Origin: Eledone cirrhosa | Taxonomy: Eukaryota | Length of the DNA: 64,000 bases | Assembly (NCBI GenBank): GCA_964016885.1 | Contig: OZ024742.1 | Coordinates: forward strand, 179,800,001-179,864,000 | Reading direction: 5' to 3' | In this document: piece after piece, positions 55,037 through 64,000 of the stretch | Layout of the letters: every line of letters starts with the position of its first letter | Numbering within the stretch: the first letter of the stretch is position 1 | Position numbers and translations under genes: made by a program | Notes under the pieces: generated by a model | Database searches by the model: none | Seen by the model: the letters and a program-made list of their open reading frames with translations, nothing else | What the model was told of the DNA's origin: nothing

Positions 55037-56439
55037 TAGTTATATTTTGTGTTGTTCACTTTCTAATTAAATAGCTCTGTTCTATACATAGAGCACTCTT
55101 TTTCCTTTGGAATTACGTAACACACACACACACACATATATATATTGAGTAAAAATACCGTTGCAGTGAAGAGAAGTAAATATAAATTCCATAGCTAATG
55201 TTATCAAATGTAGAGGAGATACCTCTAAAATTTGATATATTAAGTTGTGTGCTAAGCAGTTAAAATGTATGATAAGGTCATCTCTACATATACCGAATAG
55301 AAGTAACTGAGCCAGCATATATTATGTATATAAATGTACGCTTTTTTTTCTTCTGTATATAGACATGTAAACATTCCAAATATATGTATTTCTTCGTAAA
55401 GTAAAAAAAAAAAAATGAGGAATAAATTAATGGATTTACCGATCGTCAGATCTTTCTTTAGAAGGTATGTATATCATCCAAACAACTAAAAGAAAATACG
55501 CAATCGAGTGGTTTTGATATTCTATCAAAGGGGTCTCAAATTCAAGGACTCAAAAATGCCATTACGTCCTGTGGGGAGAGACACAGTGGACCAAAAGTGA
55601 AATGATGTGGGGGGATGGGGCATGATTTCCACTATTTATAATGCTAATCTACATTACAGCTACCATTTTCTTTCATCAAAAGGAATACGTATATGATAGG
55701 AAGTGGGATATGTGAATTAGTACAAAATGTAAAGAGTTAAATTGTCCTTAATTCCGTTTTAACTTTTGATAATTCCCCCCCCCCCCCCTTTTCCGTTTTC
55801 AATTTTGATAAATTCCGTTTTTTTATTTTTTGTTTTATAGATTTTCATGGGCAAATTACAATACATTGTAATATAAATATTATTAAAACGGAAAACTAAA
55901 GCAAAATTCAGTTTTATCATATAAATGAAAAATACTTTTTTTAATCCGCACTACGATTCAAATTACATGCAACTGGTGTCATTTTTCTTTCATCGTAACA
56001 CTTTACAAAAGAAATTTTTCACAAAAGCAGTTCATGTCTGATACTCCCGTGTTTATTTAATCCGCTCTGAAGCATTATGGAACAAAACACATTTCCTTAT
56101 ATTCCGTTGTGGGAGTTTCTCCCCTCTACTACAATATGTCTTTGAAACAAGCCGATGTATATTTCACTAACGTTTTTATTAAGAATATTTTTAAAGATGT
56201 ATATAAAATTGGATACATATTTTTACTTTTCAGGTTTTGATCTTGAAGTGAAAGCGATTGAAATATTAACGTACTCAATACTCTTCTGTGGGGAGAATCA
56301 TAGTCAGACATCGGCTGTTCCCAAAATTGATTGTCCCCAGCTCAACCTCTGACATGTGGAGGTCTACCACCTCTTCCCTCCGTAGACGTCCTGTTCCCAC
56401 AATAAAAAAAATGGGATGCCATCCAGTGCAACATGACAT

Positions 56440-57096
56440 CAGATAGGCTAGTGCACCAGCTCGACCAGCACCGTCTGACATCTGTTCTCTCAGCCTCCCA
56501 ATCCCACAGTGGTGCCTGGTGACTGGCACTCAGCTGGACAGCGACTGTTTGCGCATTAGTGTTTCCTTAAAGCTCGGCCTCTGCACCTATGAGTCTCACA
56601 AATGCCTCTGCGGGTTCTTTCGGTCCCCACACACTGTTATTGTGTTATGGTGCTGGCTGCCGCCCACGCCATACTTTTCTCAACCAGATCATAAAGCATG
56701 GCCTGGACGGCGCAGTCCTCTCTCTCTTCCAAGCTCGATCCATCAGGGTTAGACTGAGGGGACGGCAAAAGGCCAGACGGCATGACAATCTTCCCATTAT
56801 ACGGGTGTCAGCTCCTCATCTGGGATGCTATATGTTGTGACAACTTCTATAGCGACAACATGTTGCATTCGGCAACCAGCCCAGGCTTCGCTGCCCGCCA
56901 GGTCGAAGAGGGCAAACTGTCAAAGTTTCGGTCGCTCTCTGATAGGTTTGTGGTCGAGCATGTAGAAGTGGAGACTTCCATATACCTACTCATTGCTATC
57001 GGAGCAGAGTTGGTTGCCCATGATGTGGAGTGCCTATTCCAGCGCATTTCCCTCGCTGTCCACCGGGGCAATGTCTTCTCTATCCTAAAGGGTTAG
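56440..57096 (+). pseudogene. CRE-clade non-LTR retrotransposon C-terminus (RLE endonuclease), degraded
   Basis: LRISVSLKLGL..HKCLCG, RHTFLNQII, DGKRPDGMT..LIWD, EEGKLSKF, LFQRISLAVHRGN. Confidence 0.75.
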
Positions 57097-58054
57097 GACC
57101 ATGAGGCGAACTGATCCTTACGTTTCAATTATGGTAGTGGCGTGTGGATTTGATTTGCTTCCATAAGCATGCATACGTACCTACAACCTATTACTCCTGT
57201 ATTAACAAGTGGCACTCGAAAGACAAATTACTTTTAAGTTGGAGATATTGCAATCCCACATTAGCATTAGATTGGAAGGTCAAGCTGAATACTGATTGTA
57301 TCCTGAATAAGATATATGTTAAGTTATGTGTTAAGCAGCCGAAGTGTACAATAAAGTTCTATCTCTCTATCTATACAGAATATTCTGAATAGACAGAAAT
57401 GTGGAAATGTATATGTACATTTACAGTCTCAGTTACCTCAATTCTGTGTAAAACCACCCTATTCCGAGAGAAGAGAAGACATTTCTGTAGTTACTTTCAG
57501 TGGTTATATTGGTTGAATGTCATATGTAGTATCCAGAGACATATGAATGTCATATGTAGTATCCTATGGAAAATAGTGCCTATGGCACCCACTTCATGTT
57601 TACCCCATGGCACGTGCCATGCTTGCCATACCCTAGTTACGCCTCTGGTAGTATCCATTGAAAGGGACTTAATCCTTTAGCATTCATTTAAACCGGCCGT
57701 ATTCGGCCAGAATTCCTTCGCCGCTTTCTGTTCAAACTGGCTGTAATTGACCGCTCATATTGACATATAACATAATCTCGTAGATTCGATATTATTTGAG
57801 ATAATTATGTTGTCACAAAAATACAATAGTAAATATAGAGTAATGTAAATGCTAAAGGGTTAAAGAGAAGAGGTGGGAGTTGCTGGGGTGCCATTGAAGG
57901 AGGATGGCTAGGGAATGCTGATGCAATAGGGTTAGGTGGGTGTGCGGGTGTGAATGGTGGGGGAAAGAGTGGTAAAGGTGGCTGGCAGTAGTCAATGGAC
58001 TTGTCTTTGTTGAAGTCATAAGTGAGGTATGTGTGATTGCGTGTTAATTTTGTA

Positions 58055-58700
58055 CGAGCTGGACCCGTGAAAAAATTCACGGATAATCCTCTCTCTATAT
58101 ATTATAACCCCTTCTCTCTAAATATATTAACCCCTCCCCTCTATATATATATATACACCCATCCCTTTCTCTATATATTAAAACCACCCTCTCTATATAT
58201 TATAACGCCCCTCTCTCTATTTTACCCCTTCTCTCTATATATATTTTAACCCTCCTTTCTCTATATTATAACCCCTCTCTCTATATTATAACCCCGTTCT
58301 CTCTATATATTATAAACCCCTCTCTTTAAATATAGTATAACCCCCCTCTCTATATATATAATTACCCATCCCTTTCTCTATATTATAACCCCCCTCTCTC
58401 TATATTATAACCCCCTTCTCTCTATATATTATAAACCCCTCTCTTTAAATATAGTATAACGCCGTCTCTCTATATATATTATAACCGCCCCCCTCTCTCT
58501 CTATATATATATAATAACCCATCCCTTTCTCTTTATTATAACCCCCTCTCTCTCTCCTTTCCAAACGTTGCAACGCTCTTTGATTTTCTTTGGCCGTAGA
58601 TTGTCGTTGATTGTTTACCACCCCACTTTCATTGTTTTACTGAAAGCATAACACACACATCGTACGTACGGTACGTAGATATTAGGGTATTAATATATGT
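58055..58700 (-). mobile_element. Probable non-autonomous Helitron-like element with internal minisatellite
   Basis: Hairpin ccgtgaa-aaaa-ttcacgg next to a CTCG|T end (CTAG variant). About 22-bp tattataacccctctctcta repeats at 58085-58555. The 5' end is unclear. Confidence 0.5.
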
Positions 58701-59413
58701 TATTCAAAAAGAGAATGTGTGTATGTGTGTGTTGTTTTTGTTGTGTATTGGAGCGATATATATTTTATCATATGTATCTGTGTATTGTCATTGTGTCTTA
58801 GTATATATTTCTTGGTTTATGATACTTTATTCAAACTATTTAAAGCTGCACACATCACCAAATATATGTATATATGTATGTGTTTGTATGTATGCAAGTA
58901 TGCATGCAAGTATGTATGCATGCATGCATGTATGCATGTATGCATGCATGTATGTATACATGTATGCATGTATCTATGCATATATGTATGCATGTATATA
59001 CGTATAAAAATATTTGTGACTTCTCCTGTTGGATCACTGCTGCACTATATAATTTAATTGGATCCGAGGTGCTCGTGGTGATACTGGTAGAAAAATAAAG
59101 AAACAAAGAGACAGAAAGAATACAAACAAATGCACGACTGTACCTGTTTCAATAGAGTAGCAGGGGGAATACATCTTTGTAAAAACGTTATAGCAAATAT
59201 CTGCAATATAAATAGACGTAATTGATATTTGTTAGCTTTTATTAACATTAGCAGAGAACATGTATTTTTTAGCATTTTTTGCCTGTTTTGTTTTTAGATA
59301 TATTTTAGAATTTATGTAAATGTTTTTCTACATCTTTGTGCTACATTTTGTGTATTTTTTTTACTTTATTGATTATATATGTACACATAAAGAAATGCAT
59401 ATACATATATATA

Positions 59414-59472
<59 letters not shown>

Positions 59473-59475
59473 AAA

Positions 59476-60716
59476 TAGAGGTGTAACACACGAGTTGTGA
59501 TATATTAGTCAAAGGAAAAGAAAATGCTGACAAATTTTTCCCAGTGAAAAATAGTTTAATTAGGAATAAGTATAAATTAGTAATAAGTATTGGTTATAAT
59601 TCAGTTTTTACCGGTTGCACATTTCTAATGCTTTTCGAAAATAATTTTGAGAGAGAGCGCTCGTGATGTTTGCTCTAATCTACACAAGTATTCCCATACG
59701 GCAGGGCCTAATGGATTCCCCTTGCAGTACGTACAATCTGGACACTCAAACACACTTGGTGTTATGACAATACTATACATCAATTCACCCCTTTTATTAG
59801 TAATGTTTTTGATGTTCTTTTGAGAGAATCGTTTTTGCAAATTACTGAAAATATCGAATAATGTACACCATTTTTACCAGTATCACAAAAATACTGGTCC
59901 ATCCACACAGACACATACATACACACACACACATACACACACACATACACACGCATACACTAACATACAAACAGACATACACACACACACACACACACAC
60001 ACACTTCTCTGTATAAGACAGGAGCTGAAAAATATCTTTCAACATGTTAAAATATACTCCACACACGTACACACACATTCCGACTGACCGAATTTATTTC
60101 CTCTATAACGAACCACTCTGCTACACACACACACACATATTTGTCTCAATAGACACCTGAACTGTTGACCTTTCAACATGACTGCAATTCACACACACAT
60201 CCCTACTGACCATTATCACAACAATGAACCTCTGTACTACACACACACACACACACACATATTTGTCTTAATAAACTTATTTTTCAGTGACTTCTCAATC
60301 AGGCGAAAAAGGACATTCTTCGACAAACCTACATTTGGCGCAAAATCAATTTTTAACATTCACGTGACCTCTACCGACCAATCAAAATTATTTTGACTAC
60401 AAGAATTTTTGCAACACGGATTAGCGCGAAATTTATAGTACTCATTCACGTGACATTCAACAACCAACCAAATCTTAATACCTCTGGAGCCACTTTTTTC
60501 ACATAAAACAGGAAGAATTTCCCAAACTGATCAGATTAGAGCAAACATCACGAGCGCACTATCTCAAAATTATTTTTGAAAAGCATTAGAAATGCGCAAC
60601 CGGTAAAACTTAAATCCAAAACTGAATACTAACCAATACTATTACTAATTTTTACTTATTCCTAATTAAACTATTTTTCACTGGGAACAATTTGTCAGCA
60701 TTTTCTTTTCATTTTA

Positions 60717-60721
<5 letters not shown>
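59476..60721. mobile_element. Long-TIR non-autonomous DNA element (about 180-bp inverted arms)
   Basis: 59505-59680 matches 60533-60721 in reverse complement. The right tip is lost in (TA)n. Related to 13608-14095. Confidence 0.75.
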
Positions 60722-60791
<70 letters not shown>

Positions 60792-60794
60792 GAT

Positions 60795-61125
60795 ATTAAT
60801 AAAAGGAAACTGTATTTATAAAACCATATTTATTCTATTATATATATTTCAAAGGTACCAAAATTTTGGTACCCTCTCATCAGATATAATACAGAGCTTG
60901 TTTTATGAATATTGACATATCCAGGAATGAGACCTGAACGGTTCAAGTTTTACCTGGATAGTGAAGGTAAAACTTGAACCGTTAAGGTATCATTCCTGGA
61001 TATATCAATATTCATAAAACAAGCTCTGTATTATATCTGATGAGGGCGTACCAAAATTTTGGTACCTTTGAAATATATATAATAGAATAAATATGGTTTT
61101 ATAAATAGAATTTACATTTATTAAT
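60795..61125. repeat. Fold-back (arms 60795-60964 / 60975-61125) with an HHR-like motif in each arm (60836-60891 -, 61029-61084 +)
   Basis: CTGATGA, self-complementary gtaccaaaattttggtac stem II, GAAA tatata, then AATAAA. Stem III is very short. Confidence 0.85.
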
Positions 61126-61129
61126 ATCA

Positions 61130-64000
61130 TTGATATTATACTCCAGAAAACTTCTAAACAGGAAACTTCTTCCTCTTTTTTAGCCATAATGAATCTGGCA
61201 AAAGAACTGGAAAAAAACATTCGAGCTATCACCCAGCACCACCCTCCACTATCACCCCACTGCACAAACTCCCATTGCTGCCATTAACAAACAAACAAAT
61301 TAACAACACACCAAAACAATTAAAACCATCCACTCTCGCCTCTACATTTTTGCTTAACACCCAAGGTATCAGCCCTTCCACCAATACTCAAAAATGGAAG
61401 ATCAAATTCCTGGAGGACTGGATTGATGTCCATCCAAACCACATCCCTTTCTTCGTCCTCACTGAAACCCATCTCAGTAACCTCCACTTGGAAGCCGAGG
61501 TGAAAGTGAAAAATTTCAAAGCCATCCGTGCTGATCGCGCTGGCAGAAGAAAGGGCGGGACTGCCAATTATGTCCATAATTCTTTCTCAACAGAGGCTAT
61601 GAACATATTCACTAATGGATACTGCGAAGCAGTCACTGTATTCAGTCAAACCAACAACCTAATAGTAGTTGGGCTCTATAGGCCACCCCAAACGCCGGTA
61701 CCATGCTTCAAGGAATGCCTCAACAGCATAAAGTGTTTCATCCAAGAGTGTCACCCTGACAACATCTTAATGATGGGGGACTTCAACCTCCCCGGAGTTG
61801 ACTAGTCCACAAACAGCCTGCCACCAGGTTCTTCTGCCTCAACCTCTGACAGGGAAGCAGTGGAATCGCTTCTTGACTTCATGGATGATTTCTTCCTATC
61901 CCAACTGGTGCTCGAACCAACGAGGTGCCACAAAAACGTCCTAGACTTAATTTTCAGCAATCACACTGACAATATCCACAATATTGCAGTGGAGAAAACT
62001 CTACTCTCTGATCATGACATGGTTCTCTGTGACCTGAGATTCCACCGTCCAATATACAAACCCAATGTCATCTCTCCTGTCCATCCGTTTGACGCTATGG
62101 ATTTCCACAATGCAAACTGGGAAGCGATCAGTCATGATCTTGCACATGTCGACTGGTCCTTCACCCACACTCATACACCCACTAACATCAAAAAGTCCTG
62201 GCAGACATTTGTGGACACTGTTACAAACATATGTGCAAAACACACCCCATTAAGAACTATAAACAAATCTAAGAGCAGAATCCCTAGAAATAGAAAAACG
62301 CTCATCAGGAAAATTAAGAGAACGAACAAAAAAATCAACAAGCTGAAATACTGTCAGCAGCAACACATCAACTTGACTGCCATTTCATCACTAGAGATTA
62401 AAAAACATAACCTCCAAAACAACATGATGTCTCTCATCAACAATCAGAGAAGAGCTGAAGAGGCCTGGGCCATTGAGAAGATCAAACTCAATCCCAAAGT
62501 GTTCTTTTCATTTGCAAAAAAAAACACAAAATCACTGGCTCTACTGTTGGCCCTCTAATTGATGAAAATGGCACTCTTCAAGACAATGCTAAAACCATGG
62601 GTGAGATACTGCAGAAACAATACTGCTCTGTTTTCAGCAATCCTGATATGGCCGATCTGGGCTGTATCGGCGATGTTACTCCCCATTACACCTTATCGGA
62701 CATAACGTTTGGCGCCCCTGATGTCTTAGCGGCAATAAAGGAAATCAAGCATAATTCAGCAGTAGGTCCCGATAGGTTCCCTGCTTGTGTCTTGAAGGCG
62801 TGTCAACACCAACTTGCATCTCCTCTTGCCAATCTGTGGCGGAACTCACTGGATGCTGGATATGTGCCAGAAAACCTTCTATCCCAGTCTGTTGTCCCAG
62901 TTTTCAAAAAAGGAAACAAATCCCTTGCCGTGAATTACCGTCCAATCTCACTCACCTGTCATATCATTAAGGTATTTGAGAGAGTGGTGAGATCGCGAAT
63001 GACCCACTTCCTTGAGAGTAACAATATGCTGAACTCCAACCAGCATGGATTCCGTAATGGAAGGGATTGCCTGACGCAGCTACTGCATCACTTTGATGAT
63101 ATTTTGAGAGCCTTGGGAGAGGGTTCCAACACTGATGTTATCTACCTTGATTTCAGCAAGGCCTTTGACAGGGTTGATCATAACATTCTACTGAGAAAAC
63201 TGTCCAATATTGGTGTCACTGGAAAGCTGCTGCAGTGGATCAAGAGCTTCCTGTCAAACAGAACCCAACATGTTGTAGTTGAAGGAGTCAAATCCAGCCC
63301 AGCCAAAGTCAGTAGTGGGGTCCCACAAGGCACTGTGTTGGGCCCACTTCTCTTCATCATCTATATTAATGACATCACTGACATCATCAAACACAGCAAC
63401 ATTAACATTTTCGCTGATGATTCCAAGCTCCAAAAGGTCAACAATGGCTTGGATGACCGGATAAGACTTCAGTCAGACCTACTGGCTGTTACCCAATGGG
63501 CGGAAAAGAACAACATGTTACTGAACGAAGACAAATTCGAACTGATCCACTTTGGAAAAGAGGATGCTCTGAAACTCCCGTACTCCCTTCCCTCCGGGGA
63601 AACTCTCGTGGCATCTAACAACATCAGAGACTTGGGAGTAACCGTGGACAGCAACATAAGCTGGGCCACGCATATAAGCAGCAAAGTTGACATGGCCCGC
63701 AGAATGTGTTCCTGGATCCTCAGAACCTTCCAGTCGAGAGATTCCACACCATTATCCTTCTCTTCTCTACTTTTGCCCGACCACACCTTGAATACTGTTG
63801 TCCACTGTGGTCTCCCCACACGAAACAAAGTATCATGAAACTTGAAGCTCCTCAAAGGGCAATCACGAAAAAGATAGATGGCATGTCAGACCTTGACTAC
63901 TGGGGTCGACTAGAAAAGCTGAAACTTTACTCACTCCAACGTCGCCGTGAGCGTTATATTATCTGCATGATGTGGAAAATTTTCCATCATCACTGCCCAA
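61130..64000 (+). mobile_element. CR1-group LINE ORF2 (APE + RT), disrupted, runs off the window end
   Basis: LTETHL, YRPP, GDFNLP, LDLIF, SDH; GPD, KKG, NYRPISLT, QHGFR, DFSKAFDRV, GVPQGTVLGPLLF, FADD, RDLGV, SLQRRRERY. Confidence 0.92.

Noticed and set aside
55375-55462. HHR-like motif on the minus strand (CTGACGA, tcggtaaa/tttacga, GAAA)
   Set aside because: Stem I and the cleavage site cannot be put in register. At best a decayed remnant.
57590-57650. Possible hAT-type terminus (tagttacgcctctg)
   Set aside because: No matching second end or TSD was found.

Overview
AT-rich animal genomic DNA, most likely octopus/coleoid cephalopod (inferred from SINE and RTE style and extreme (TA)n content). 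No intact host gene is recognisable and almost all of the ORF track is (TA)n artefact. The window is a nested pile of mobile elements: RTE LINEs (two subfamilies with a PHD finger inside the RT, one BovB-like family with three C-terminal C2H2 fingers), Penelope-like elements (PLEs; RT + GIY-YIG), CR1-, CRE-, R4/Dong- and Tx1/L1-type fragments, an internally deleted autonomous Helitron, non-autonomous Helitrons and tRNA-derived SINEs. The main signal is non-coding. About 25 type-I hammerhead ribozyme (HHR) motifs or remnants, from at least a dozen distinct-looking sequence families, lie in short islands embedded in (TA)n tracts. They usually have a short palindromic stem III and often a downstream AATAAA. 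Many islands are fold-back inverted repeats, so HHRs occur on both strands, and some fold-back junctions fall inside HHR stem II. All structures were folded by eye, and coordinates of degraded elements are approximate.
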